Positions 38,113-51,117 of a DNA stretch of 64,000 nucleotides are shown here, piece by piece; position 1 is the first letter of the stretch; every line of letters begins with the position of its first letter. Source of the stretch: Octopus sinensis. Taxonomy: Eukaryota. Under the pieces are notes generated by a model that made no database searches, was not told where the DNA came from, and worked only from the letters and a program-made list of their open reading frames with translations. The position numbers were made by a program, and so were the translations under genes. The stretch covers positions 107,074,001-107,138,000 of the forward strand of contig NC_043001.1 of NCBI RefSeq assembly GCF_006345805.1, read 5' to 3'.

Positions 38113-39495
38113 TTGAAATTAGAATGTGTGCTTAAAGGAAATTATGAAACACATCGGGTATTTTACAAAGTAAATGTTTGATAAAACTGATTAATTTATT
38201 GATGGATGAAAGAAAAAATAAATCTAAAACTTTTTTTTAATAAGTATTTCTAATTCTGGTTGAAGGCAAGCAAGTTCAGGGTTAAGTCGATCACATCGAC
38301 TCCAGTGCTCAATTGGCACTTATTTTATCGAGCGCAGCAGTATGAAAGGGAAAGTCGACCTCTGTGTAAAGATAGACCACCTCAGAACGTGAAGGATAGA
38401 CGAAATATCTGTGAATATTTTATCTGGCGTGTTAACGAGTCTGTCGGCTCTTTACCTTACAAGTGTTAAGGTGTATAAAGCCTTGTTATAGATTCAATTG
38501 TTAGAATGTCTTACAACAGCGGTTAAGGAAACCTCTGTTGTAAGACATTCCAACATTAACAGCCATTTCATTTTCATATATAGTGTATATGTATGAAGAA
38601 TAGGAAACAATGAGGAAGTTTCTCTATCGTCACATGACGCTCAAGAAATAGCAGAGAAATTTCATCTACGCACATCTTAAAAATGGAAACGACATTTTCG
38701 GTGGCGTAATTCTACAGTTACCCCTTTTGAGTTTAACATAAGATGGAAGATGGCTACAACTGTATTGAAGAGATAACAAACTTAGATGGTACGCTTCTTG
38801 CTTTAGGTGGTACAGCAACATGCTATGTCTTAGGCCCAAAACCAGTGTAGCAGTAAGAGAAACCGGTGAATTAACATTCTAGAGATTAAGTCTTCACTAA
38901 TACCTATTTGATGAAATTCTTTTAGATGGTTTATGATACTCTTGTGTGTAGTAACACTTCGTATCAGATATTTGACTATAATATCATTGTATCTGAGCTT
39001 TGTGAAGGTCAATAAATGAATTATTAATTTATTTTAAAGAACTAGCAATTATTTGGATTGAGGTTTGGATTGTATTGTTAAATCTTCCCTGTGTTGCAGC
39101 TGAAACATAAAAAAATGTGAAGTTTAGAATTTGTTGTCACTTTGAAGATTTTTAGCTGCATGCAGTTAATGTGTGGAATTATATATATATATATATTTAT
39201 GTGTGTGTGTGTGTGTGTGTGTGTGACTACATCGGTGCGTTACACAAAAATCCATGTGGTATTGAGGTATTCTATGGAATTGTAACATATGACATGAAAT
39301 GTTACACGTATGTATCCTTAGATATGGATAAAAAACAATCATGTGACATGAAACCGATGAAATGAAATCACCTCGGCAATATTCTCCACAATTAAAATTA
39401 AAAAGAAGACTCACACAGAAATATCAAATCTACTGGGAGTCCATAGTCATATAAGAGTTTATTTATTTTCAAAAGCATCTATTCATGGGTTAGTT

Positions 39496-39542
<47 letters not shown>

Positions 39543-40674
39543 ATTGATAAAGGATAATATTTTTTCGGGAAAAATTTTTATCAATGGCCAGCATATCAAA
39601 AACATTTTTTTCTCTCCTTGTTTCTTTGTGTGGAAGATCGTAGGCTCGAAACGTAAAATACTTTTTCAATTCCCGAGCGTTATATTTATACATCTGTTTG
39701 TTTTCTACACCACCTGTCTTCGTCTTGTTTTTTTTCCTGAATTCTCTCTATATGTAGGGAGAATATATATGTATTTTCGTTCTGTTTTTTTTTATAAGAA
39801 TATGTAAAATAAAGATTGCCAATTCCCACTAGAATTTATTTTCTTTTACTTTCCAAAATGTTTAATACACGTATATATTAGCGTTAGCTGAGTCTAGCTG
39901 TGTACTTCAATAGAGTATAGGCGTAATATTAGAGCAGATATTGAGATATATGTGATAAGTAAACTAAAGAAAATTAAATAATTCTCCATTTTCTGTCACA
40001 TCCTTTCAGAATTGCACTTCAAAGAGATGAAGTGGAATTGTGATAGTCAACAGGTGGCAGAGGTGCGACGAATAATTTGAATGTTTTGTAGCAAAAATTG
40101 CTATTAAGAAGTAACCGAATGTTAATGTCGCTGTCCATCTTTTTCAACTCATGATCTCGGGTAAAATCACTTAGCAAAAATATAGTCAACAATAGTATCA
40201 ATGGCTTGCTGGGACACTGCATTTTATTATGCAACTATGATATATTAGCAAGTATATTAAAGGCTTATAAGTCACTACTGTGTCCTACCTGTGTTAGCAG
40301 TCCTATTAAATCAGTTTTTTAATGTTTGAAGCAATTGTTCGTGAATGGTTAACAGGCGGAATGTGGTAGTGAAGAAGAAGCAAGAACTCTTGAAATTTAT
40401 ATCGTTGCTATTAGGAAAAAGTGTCGTAAGTCCAAAACGTTGCATTTTCAGAACACGAAAAAGTAGTTTCACCATTCCATGGCAAGACCATTGTAATACA
40501 CTTTGACCATTTTTAATATCTTGTAAGCTGAAGCAGCTGGAGATACGATAGTTTGACTAAAAGAACCGGCTATTGCAACCAAAAATAAATATCGAAAAAA
40601 AAACGCATTTGGACGTATGACAGTTTAACATAATAGCAACGATATATATATATATATATATATAATATATATAG

Positions 40675-41398
40675 GGTAGGAAAATTAAAGTAATTTTTCT
40701 ACCAGTGGCTAGCATGCATAAAATTGTCTATAGACAACATATTTTTCATACAAAACTACTGTAAATTTATACACAAAAGAGGTGACCTTAACAAGACACC
40801 TTACATGATAAAAGGAACAGTCAAAGCCTAAACAACGGTTAAGAGTGATTTCGAAGGGGATTAAAAATTAAAGCGTTTTCAATAATTATCACTTGCACGT
40901 AGGTTTCGAACATTAAGGAACAAATAAAATAATTTGTTATCTGTGTTCTCATCAGCAAGGGCGCTGAAAATTAATGTATAATTATGGGACAAATAGACAG
41001 CACATGTTTCATCATTATACGTTATAATTTTTCAAATCCACCGCGCAAGCGCTGTTATAGTCGGCAGCAAAGAAAAAATACATCTGCCGACTTTCTTCAA
41101 AATTACGAAAATCGCATTAAGAAAGTTTTATGCATGCTAGTAGTCTCTGGTAGAAAAACTTCTCTAATTTTCCTACCATATATATATTTTCTTAATATGA
41201 TTTTTGTAATTTTGAAGAAAGTCGGCAGATGTATTTTCCTTTGCTGCGGACTATAACAGCGCTTGTGCGGTGGATTTGAAAAATTATAACGTGTAAAGAT
41301 GAAACATTTGTCCCATAATTATACATTAATTTTCAGCGCCCTTGCTAATGAGAACACAGATAACAATTATTTTATTTGTTCATTGATGTTCGAAACCC

Positions 41399-41403
<5 letters not shown>
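40675..41403. mobile_element. Inverted pair of a hammerhead-bearing non-coding unit (about 450 bp on -, permuted about 280 bp on +) in (TA)n
   Basis: 40900-41125 versus 41188-41403, and 40675-40735 versus 41124-41177, are reverse complements. Confidence 0.75.
40892..40959 (-). ncRNA. Hammerhead motif (second copy on + at 41341..41403)
   Basis: Reverse complement cttg-CTGATGA-gaaca...tgttc-GAAA-cctacg-TG-caag; the + copy has GAAA-cccagg-TA, implying a consensus palindromic ACCUAGGU-A. Confidence 0.7.
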
Positions 41404-41464
<61 letters not shown>

Positions 41465-41610
41465 GGATCAGCAAAAGTTGCTTCATCATATACGGAAATT
41501 TAGAAATAGCAGTCAAAACTACTAATTCTTCTACTGCAATATATCTCCACAGACTGCAATACTCATAACTCACATAGGCAAAAATAATGAAACTAACCAG
41601 CCTTCGTTAA

Positions 41611-41667
41611 TCATATACGCGTTTCGGGATTAGAATAGTGTAGAATTCATTTCCTTCGTCAGTATGA
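41611..41667 (-). ncRNA. Canonical Penelope-type minimal hammerhead ribozyme
   Basis: Reverse complement tcata-CTGACGA-a gga aat gaat tctacact attc taa tcc c-GAAA-cgcg-TA-tatga; palindromic ACGCGU stem III, 5-bp stem I. Confidence 0.82.
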
Positions 41668-42550
41668 CATTCAGGATTATAATTTGAAAATACTACCAAC
41701 ATTCATGCATGCTCAATCAAGCGACATCGAACATAACAAAAGATATACAGCATTTCCGAATTTATATAGACGAGTAATTCCGTATCCATCCCTCCAGTTC
41801 ACCATGTGCGTCACAAGATAGTACCGCAGAAAAAACTGTAATTTGCTATCAGGGGGTGAAAATTATCATTATAGATTACCCTATATGCATAATACATACA
41901 TACATACATATTGTTAGTGTTGTCGTTTCTTTTTTCTTTTGTCAAATAAATATTTAATGCGTATTGTTCTCTACTTCCATCGAAGTAGACAAAAAAACAA
42001 ACAAACAAAAAAATAACAAAATGAAAAACAAAACAAAAACAAAGAAGAAATGACAATAATACTAAACATTTGAACGATTAACTGTTTGACCAAAGTGTTT
42101 AACATATGAGTTTGAAAAACTAATAAAATAACGGCCAATCGATGAAGTGGTCAACTGAGTAACTAACCCATTAACTAACAATAACAATAAAGGACCGAAC
42201 CAGTGCGTGTGTTTATTATTACCGGCATAATGCCCCTCCCAAGGTTCAATAGTATTTCTTTCAACACGCGAATTCATATCAAGAATCATGCAAACCAAAT
42301 ACAAATACGATTTATATATATATATATGTCATTTTATTGCGGCCATACTGGATCACCTCTTTTAATCGAACAAATCGACCCCAGGACTTATTCTTTGTAA
42401 GCCTAATACTTATTCTATCGGTCTCTTTTCCGAACCGCTAAGTTACGGGCACGTAAACACACGAATACCGGTTGTCAAGTGATGGTGGGGCGACAAACAC
42501 ACACACACACACAAACATATACATACATACATACATACATATATATATAC

Positions 42551-42585
<35 letters not shown>

Positions 42586-43341
42586 CGATAAGCTTCTTTC
42601 TGTCTCATTTTACCAAATCGACTCACAAGGCTTTGGTCGGCCCGAAGCTATAGTAGAAGACACTTGCCTAAGGTTCCACTCAATGGTGCCACTCAAGGTG
42701 CCACTCAAGGTGCCACTCAAAGAGATAACTTTAGAAAGTCATTTAATCACACTGCTAACACAGGTGAGGCACATTTTTGGGACACAGGTGGGACAAATTA
42801 TTGGCTTGTAAAGACTTTAGTAGTATATCATGGTTGCGTAATGATATACGGTGTCCTCACCAGCAATTAGCAGCAGTCACCGTGTACATACCAGTTGCCA
42901 GGAATATGTTTATCATGTAAAATTAATCTTTCTACTAATGTTACACTGCTTATATTTGATGGCTATTCAAGCAATATGTTCGCAGATCGTTTTGGTTTGG
43001 ATGTGGCGCTGAAGAAGAAGCAACAACACCTCAAATATCCATACACACCCATTGCCTACATTTTTCTCTTCCACTGCATTGTCTGCATAGACGTAATCGT
43101 ATGCAAAGCCTCGTAATTTTCAGTACTGGCTAGAAATCCTATAGAAAGTGTGTAATGATATCTTTAAAAAGTGTTGCTATAGCTTTTCAGCAGTCAGTAG
43201 GTGTTTAACCATATAGCGTTTAAACTGGCTATATTTGTTGTATGTTCAAACTGACCAGGTCGAGTATCTCACACGTACCTTACAATGCCATTGTAGAAAT
43301 ATACAATCACATCATCAAAATTTGAAAGCTACAACATAATA

Positions 43342-43840
43342 CAAAGAGCCCTCAAATTAAGGCAGCCAACTTTTTTCAGTTCTATCAAAACAAAATATTG
43401 TTATATTTCGGGTTCGAGCATTGCGATGCAATGGTAAAGGAAACACAATTATGACATTACAACATGTATTCGATATGACCACTTCTGTTTCGAATCAAAA
43501 CCTTAACTCTAGGCGTGAATGCTTTACACACAGCACGCAGCTGCTATTGCGGAATTAAAGACCATTCCAGGCGCGGTTTTGCCTTCAGAGCGTCGAGTGA
43601 AGCATGAAGAGTGCTCGAGGCCCTCATCTCCAAAATGAACCAAACAAAAATATCCAACGGGTTGAAATCGGGGCTTCTTTAAGGCCTGTGAAGGACAGTG
43701 TTTTTCTGAATCCAGTGTTGTGTCTCCTTGGAGCTGTGAGATGGTACCGAGTCCTGTTGGAGGAGCCAAGTCGCGCCTTGAAAGTGCTCATTTGCCCATG
43801 GAAGCAGTTCAGCTTCCAGAATGTTGCTAGTGTATCGCTG
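43342..43840 (-). mobile_element. Tc1/mariner-superfamily transposase 3' fragment
   Basis: FWPxxSPDFNP-like segment (ALKKPRFQPVGYF with frameshift); possible TA-flanked terminus at 43340. Confidence 0.45.
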
Positions 43841-44547
43841 GGTATTAATACCTATGTCTGTCCTTGTTTGTCCCTTCTGTGTGTAGCCCCTTGTGGGCAG
43901 TAAAGAAATAGGTATTTTGTCTGCCGTTACGTTCTGACTTCAAATTCCGCCGAGGTCAACTAACAACTTGAATGCTACCATCCCTCATTGGGCAACAGTT
44001 TTAAAATAATAATAATAATAATAATAACAATAATAATAACCAGCAGTATCTAACCTCGCTGTCCTGCGAGATAATTAAGCTTCTATAACTGATCCACTAA
44101 ACTTGTTTTCTTTCTGAACCCCTACTGAAGGTGTTGGGCCGTGGTGATTAAAGCGGCAACCCCTCAAAGTATGCTTTGGGAGGAGGGTGTTTTTCTTACT
44201 ACTTTGTCATCCTGCAAGAGAAACCGTTAATCCCTACACATATTTTCTCTCTCTCTTTTTTTTGTTTTTTTTTCGTTCTCTCCATTTTTCTCCTCTCAAT
44301 CTTTTCTGTCGAAGAAAGGTCAAAGACTATTCCATTCTTTCCGATACACCTGCTGATAGTTCCCTCGCCTGTTTTCGTCTTTCTTTTCTGTAAATTTGAA
44401 CTATATATGTGTATGTGTATATACATATATATATACTCAAAATATTTTGATTATAATCACCCCATTTGATTTATATGATAATACCATACAAAATTCTGGT
44501 GGCTTTAACTTAAGTACCATATTCATCTGAATCAAAATTTTGCTGAA

Positions 44548-44638
<91 letters not shown>

Positions 44639-44660
44639 CACATACATACATACATATGTA

Positions 44661-45545
44661 CAGGGTGTGATGGATAAATTGTCACCATATTATATTTTTA
44701 ATTGCGTGCATGCACATTGTTTGTTTTTGATTTTATCAGCTAGACAGTAGAATATGGTCAGTTGGGCAGAGTCTGTAAGAAAAACAGCATCATACACAAT
44801 TCTCTCTGCTAAAAAAATTTCAGCCAATTTTTATCCCAAGCCATCAAGGACAGGAGGAACCACCGTGCTACGAAGCATTTGAACAAACTCAAGCATCCCC
44901 TCCAAACGAACAGGCTTTAGTTTTTCTCAGACGAGATAAGTGACTGCCAGCATCAGATGGTGAACACACAGAACAACCGTTGGCATGGTGTCCCCCCAAA
45001 ACCTGTACCGAGAGTGATAAAAATCAAACAACCAGTCGACATCATGGTGTTTGAAGTGATCACTAGTGATGACGACGTTATGCTTCTAATCACCTACCCG
45101 CACGGCCTCAGACTCAACACGGAGGCCTACCTGAAGTGCCCGGAAGAGGTAGTGCTGCCTTGGGTCAAGAAGGTGGCTTCTGGAAGATCCTATGTCTGGC
45201 AACAGGACTCTGCACCACGTCGCACGAGCGGAAGAAGCCAGTCATGACTGTCAGACAATTTCTGCGATCACATCACCTCTAACATCTGGCCACCTTACTC
45301 CCCAGACTACAACCCGCGTAATTATTATGTGTGGGGTGCAGTTAAGCGAGAGACCAACAAAACTCCCTGTAATACCAAAGATGAACTGAAGGCAAGGATT
45401 ATGGCAGCATTCATCAGCTTAAACATAGAGACCGTCTAGAAGAGTTGCAGGAGATTCGGAAGTCGTCTGGGGGCCGTGGTTGAAGCCAATGGCGATTTTA
45501 TTGAATAAATTTACTCTTTAGTATTTCAAGATATTTTTATGTAAT
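44661..45545 (+). mobile_element. Internally deleted maT/DD37D-like transposon
   Basis: TA-cagggtg terminus; FSDE, IMVF..ITSD, YVWQQDSAP, IWPPYSPDYNP.NYYVWG. Confidence 0.75.
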
Positions 45546-46159
45546 TTTGGCAACAGTCTGGAAAATTTCAAGAGACTGGTTCCACCGCTGATCGACCTGA
45601 ATGTAGCCGAGAAAGAAGTGTGCGGACCCCTCAGCTTTTCAAAAGTACCAGAGAAAAGATTCCGTCAGGAAACTGGCCGCCACAACAAAAATAGGCTGGA
45701 CATCGCTGTATAGAGTACTGAAGGAAGATGTCAGGGCCCATCGCTACAAGACGACCCACCGTCATGAGAATTTGAAGTCAGAACGTAACGGCAGACAAAA
45801 TACCTATTTCTTTACTGCCCACAAGGGGCTACACACAGAAGGGACAAACAAGGACAGACATAGGTATTAAGTCGATTACATAGACCCCAGTGCGTAACTG
45901 GTACTTATTTACTAGACCCCGAAAGGATGAAAGGCAAAGTTGACCTCGGTGGAATTTGAACTCAGAACGCAACGGCAGACGAATTACGGCTACGCATTTC
46001 ACCCGGCGTGCTAACGGTTCTGCCAGCTGTGTGTATCTTGTGATAATTAATTGCACAGGCTGTTTGATTGATCTGTTGGTGGTTGGGCTGGATCGAAGGG
46101 GTTCCGGAAAGAAAAGAGTAAGTTGAGTCAAGCAGCATCAGCTTGAAATATACATGTAC

Positions 46160-47027
46160 GTGGTTTGATCAAAGAGTACCCGGACTGGTGCCATAGTAAC
46201 GAAGCTAACGCACGCAAAGGGAAACCGCCGGACATGGATTGACCTTGAACTCTACTGTGCATGCGCACTAAATTTTAACGTTCTAACTTACTTCCGTTGT
46301 CTACATCAGTGCTTGAGAGGAACTTGTGTAACGTGTGATCATAGCATTGACCATGGCAGAGAAAGTTGAGCAGAGAATCTGCAGCAAATTTTGCCAAAAG
46401 CTTGGCGAGACCTGTTCAGAAGCCTACGCAAAGCTCTCAAATTTTTTTATCGTTTTCAATACAATCAAGGAGATTTGTGCAACTGAAGCCCGAGTATCTT
46501 TTTGGTCAGCTGAAAGCAGTTTCGGCTCAAACTTGGAAGACATGCCTCACATGTTCAAATCTTCAGTGATAATGGACTGAACTGAACCATAACTAATCTG
46601 CACTTCCTCTGAAAAACACGGATGGTGATTCGACGATTTCCCATCACAGCAGCACGCACATCTGCGTTGTTTTTCTCAGTTCTGCTGGTTGCGGGTGTCT
46701 CAGAACGTTCGTCATTATCGACATTTTTTCAGTTATCTTGGAAACTTCTGAACCACTCGTACACTTGTGTGCGGCTCATACACTCCACTCCTTACATTTT
46801 CTGAGCAGGTATCGCCACGACAACTTTCTCTGTCATGGTCAATGTGACGATCACACGCTACACACTTTCCTTCCAAGTACTGCTGTAAATAGCAGAAGTG
46901 AACTGGAACGTTAAAACTCAGTGCGAATGCACAGCAGAGTTCAAGGTCAATCTGTGCCAAGCGGCTTGACTTTGCGTGCTTTAGCTTCGTTACTATGGAA
47001 ACAGTCCGGATACTTATTAATCAGACC
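46160..47027. mobile_element. Mariner-derived element built from two opposed 5' ends
   Basis: Long inverted termini. + strand MAEKVEQRICSKFCQKLGETCSEAYAKL; - strand SRTQVYEWFRSF...DERS...NRRITIR...SYGSVQSII. Confidence 0.75.
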
Positions 47028-47704
47028 TTTTAGATAAATACAGAATGTATATATAACCAAATATATATATAAGGGATTGCTATTCATAAATGTATGGGCT
47101 AAGCAGAATCCAATGAAAGAACTGGCTCACTGTTTAAAGTGGATTAGTCTGAATGTATTTTTACGATGGTAATAAAAATAACAATGAGAGAAAAGAGGAG
47201 AGATAGATAGAGAAATACAGAAGGGATATAGAAGGGGAGGCAGAGAGAGCGAGAAAGAAAGAGGGAAAATATTGGGACGTAGCCAATAAATTACGGTGCG
47301 TTTTCTTCGAACAAAAGCACGCCGGACCAGGTAGAACCAGTTTTAAAGATGTATGTATAGAAATACAACTAGTTTTAAATCTCTGAGCCTGAAATATGTA
47401 GTAACAGCACCGAAAAGTAAAGTCAATTTGCCAACAAAGAACGATATTTTTACTTTTTAGCCCCAGGAAAACATCTTTTCCGGTGAGCTACCAACACATG
47501 GTCTGTGTCGGTAGCCAGCTGAAAAAGATGTTTTCTTGGGGCTAAAAGTAGCAACATCGTACTGTGTAGGACTGCTACATTGTATTGGTAAATAGACTTT
47601 ACTAAATAAATACATTAATATATTAAATACACAACACACACACGCGCACACGCACACGCACACACACACACACACACACATACACACACACACACGTATA
47701 TATA

Positions 47705-47870
47705 TCTGTAAATATTATATGTGACACTTATTCGGTAGCCATGATAAAACTCTGAGTTTCGGATCCCGACATCCGAAACTCGGAGTTTTATCATGGCTAC
47801 AGAATAATTGTAACAGATAAATTCCTCTATTTACATAATATCGAGGTCTCTTTCATTCGTTTGTTGTCTT
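47705..47870. mobile_element. Short fold-back of the 8750..8918 pLTR family, axis inside hammerhead stem II
   Basis: gtagccatgataaaactctgagtttcggat cccgac atccgaaactcggagttttatcatggctac. Confidence 0.7.
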
Positions 47871-47986
47871 GCCTTTCTATCAATATATTCCTTCTTCCCT
47901 TCTTTCCTGAGCGTCCAATAATACTTTATTTGTTCAACATCCTTGCGTTGTTGTTCTTTTGTTTTTTTGTTTTCTTGTTTGGATTA

Positions 47987-48035
<49 letters not shown>

Positions 48036-48100
48036 GGTTGCTATTCATAAATATGAGTAACCGGAATCTAGCAGAAGAAAGAACTGGCTTATTATTATTA

Positions 48101-48150
<50 letters not shown>

Positions 48151-49239
48151 CATTATTATTATTATTATCACCATTATTATTATTATCATTATTATTATTA
48201 TTATCATTATTATTATTATTATTATTATTGTAATTTTAATTATTATTGTTGTTGTTGTTGTTATTATTATTGAGCGAGAGAGCCGTAACATTGGTAAAGA
48301 AGAAAAAGAAGAAGAGAAGAAGAGAAGAAGAAGAAGAAGAAGAAGAAGAAGAAGAAGAAGAAGAAGAAGAAGAAGAAGAAGAAGAAGAAGAAGAAAAAAT
48401 TGTGGAGCGGTGGAGCTAGAAGTCTCTGCATGGACAGTATACATTTCGAAGTCAAAATGCTGATGTAGAACAAGCAACAACCCATTGGTGGCTGAGAGAT
48501 CCAGGACTGAGAGACATAGACTGAGGGTTTCATATTGGCAGCACAAGACGAAAGCTTGCTTACGGAAATCTACAAGGCTAACGTTCTTCAAAACGGTTCT
48601 GACACTAAATGCAAATTTGTGACATATTTGACGATGCGATTGCACTAGATATTTTATTTCGGCAGCATGCCTATCTTTAGGAGTTTACAAAGTCCTGAAA
48701 AGATCATTTTGACAAAGTGATTCGAAATGTGCATAGAATCGGGAGCTGGTGGAGAAGCGCTATTTGAGAGGTTGAGAAATATTGTATGACTCAATAGATG
48801 TGGACTATAAACTCTTTGCACTATGTAAAGTCTTCAACCGATTGGGCCCTCATCTTACGTTTAGCCAGCAACAGACCAGGGTTCTCTTAATCCATAACCG
48901 CCTTTTGGCATTCTCTGCCGATTGAATTGTCCTCTTTTATACAACTTCTGAATTGGTTTGTTTTCTTTTATGCCACCCCTGAAATGTCCATTTGAGGACC
49001 CTGCTGAGTGAACCTCCTGAACGGACTCTGTAGTCTATCTTTATATCTTTTCCTCCAACTTCCGGTACTATTCATGTTTTCTCTCATTGATTTTGTCAAT
49101 TCACTCTTTTCTGGTCACCGTCAGTTCCAGCGGCTCACTAGTTTTATTGTTTGAAAAGTAATCATCATATGTGGCCCGCTCTAAATTGGTTCTATGTGCA
49201 GTGGAAACTTTCGCTGGTTTCCTTAATCGACATGAAGTT

Positions 49240-49667
49240 ACAATTTAGAAGCTGCATGTCGATTAAGGAAGCCAGCTAAAGTTTCCACTGGTCTGTAAAT
49301 CTCTCCTTTCGTCCCATCACGTTCAAGATCTTCCATATGCATCTGAGGAACTCTGGACATCGCTTGTATCCTAAGAAGAGCTCACCATGGGGGAGAAAGG
49401 GCTGGTCTAGAAGTAGAGCGTGTTATTATTCTCCCTCCCCTCCTCGGCTTTCTTCAGATTTAGTCCTTTTTGGTTAAGCACTGTTGTTGGTGAGTTTGGG
49501 TTGATGAGAGCTTCATAGGTTTCAAGCTCTCTTTCTATTATCAAAACTTTCGAAGGAATATTGAAGAAATTAGTAACCTCCTCGGTTGAGCCACTGTACC
49601 TGTCCCCTAGGAATCGCTTTGTAAAAACAAAAAGGATGGACTACAAAAACTGTTCGCCATCTTGTTC

Positions 49668-49748
<81 letters not shown>

Positions 49749-50480
49749 CTCTTTTTCTTTCTTGCTTTCTTTCTTTCTCTCGCTCTCTCTTTCTTGCTTT
49801 CTTGCTTTCTTTCTTTCTTTCTTTCTTTCTCTCTTTCTTTCTTTCTTTCTCTCTTTCTTTCTTTCTTTTTTCTCTTTCTTTTCTCCTATGCCACTCTGCT
49901 CTGTAAATGGCCCAAAATCTTTTTGTTTGGATGCTTCGACAAAGGCTTGCTTCTACTCTTCAGTAGAGATCTTGCACTGCTTTTCAAGATTTCCCGTTTT
50001 CACTGGAATTGATGTATTCTAGGGGCTATGCACTTCATAGTGTCCATATTTGGCTTGGCATCAGCCTCCCTAACATAACCAAGTCTTTGGTTGCCATAAC
50101 TGATGATGATGACTGAATCTCATTTGGTTGTGACTTCAATGTTATCATTGATATCAAACTGCAACTATACATTTCTGTTTCAGGTGAAGGTCACTTAATC
50201 CACTGTTGACAAACTGACCTGACAGGGATTCGAGACTGTATTGTTTGCAGGGAGTGGGTTCCCTTGCGTGACTTACGCCCGGTATTCTCCTGTGTTTCAC
50301 CAATTTCAAGGCCTGTGCATCTTCTTCTTTTATTTCATGTGATTCCTTATGACCAGGAGAATTTTAAAGTTTCAATTGTCCTTGCACAGTTTTCCACATC
50401 TGTAAGTCACAGTTTGGTCGTAAATCTTCGGTCCATCCAATTGGATCGCACATTCCTTTCCTTTTCGGGATCTACGGTAG
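49240..50480 (-). mobile_element. Degenerate Hero/NeSL-like non-LTR element fragment, split by a (CTTT)n tract at 49665-49885
   Basis: - strand pieces CGKLCK (N-terminal zinc finger), FTKRFLG...EEV..F and YKRCPEFLRCIWKILNV. Confidence 0.55.
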
Positions 50481-51117
50481 GTATTTGTAGCGCACATTAT
50501 TTTTTTCTCTCTTAATTTCTTTTATCTTCCTTTCCTACTCTTTCCTTTTTCATTCGTTTTAGAATAAAAAAAATATGACCTTAATAAACAACTGAATAAT
50601 TTATGTATCATACGAGTGAAGCAAAAACATGCAGAAACATGTTCCTGGCTACAAATAGACACAATGATAGGAATTATTGAATATATTTAGATTTGTGCAA
50701 GCATAATAATAAAAAATTGACCCATCTCACATTTTCTTTATTATTATTCTCGAGCACTAACCAAATGAATAACGGATGTACGAAATCACGTATGTGTGTA
50801 TAGATTTTATTTTCCTTCAGTCGGGCTATTTCTAATGCTCCTGATTAATATCCAAATGTAAACGCCTCATCCAAATGTATTTTTGTACCATAAACATGTT
50901 TCTCTCTCAGACAAATTTCTCATAGGAAATTCTTTACATGTCTATATAACATGTAAATGTTTATAATTCGTATTAGCAAATATTACACTTGTAATGAAGA
51001 ATAAATAATACCAAGAAATTTTCGCTTCTTTCTTGTTTTGTTATTGTTGTATGGGGAATGCGTTCACCCCTTTGGCTAAGTGTACTATACTAGTTAGTAT
51101 AAATGAGCATGCGCAGA

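Noticed and set aside
42672-42720. Three to four 12-bp direct repeats ggtgccactcaa, superficially CRISPR-like
   Set aside because: No spacers; a slippage expansion of the SINE A motif aaggtgccacgcag; eukaryotic context.
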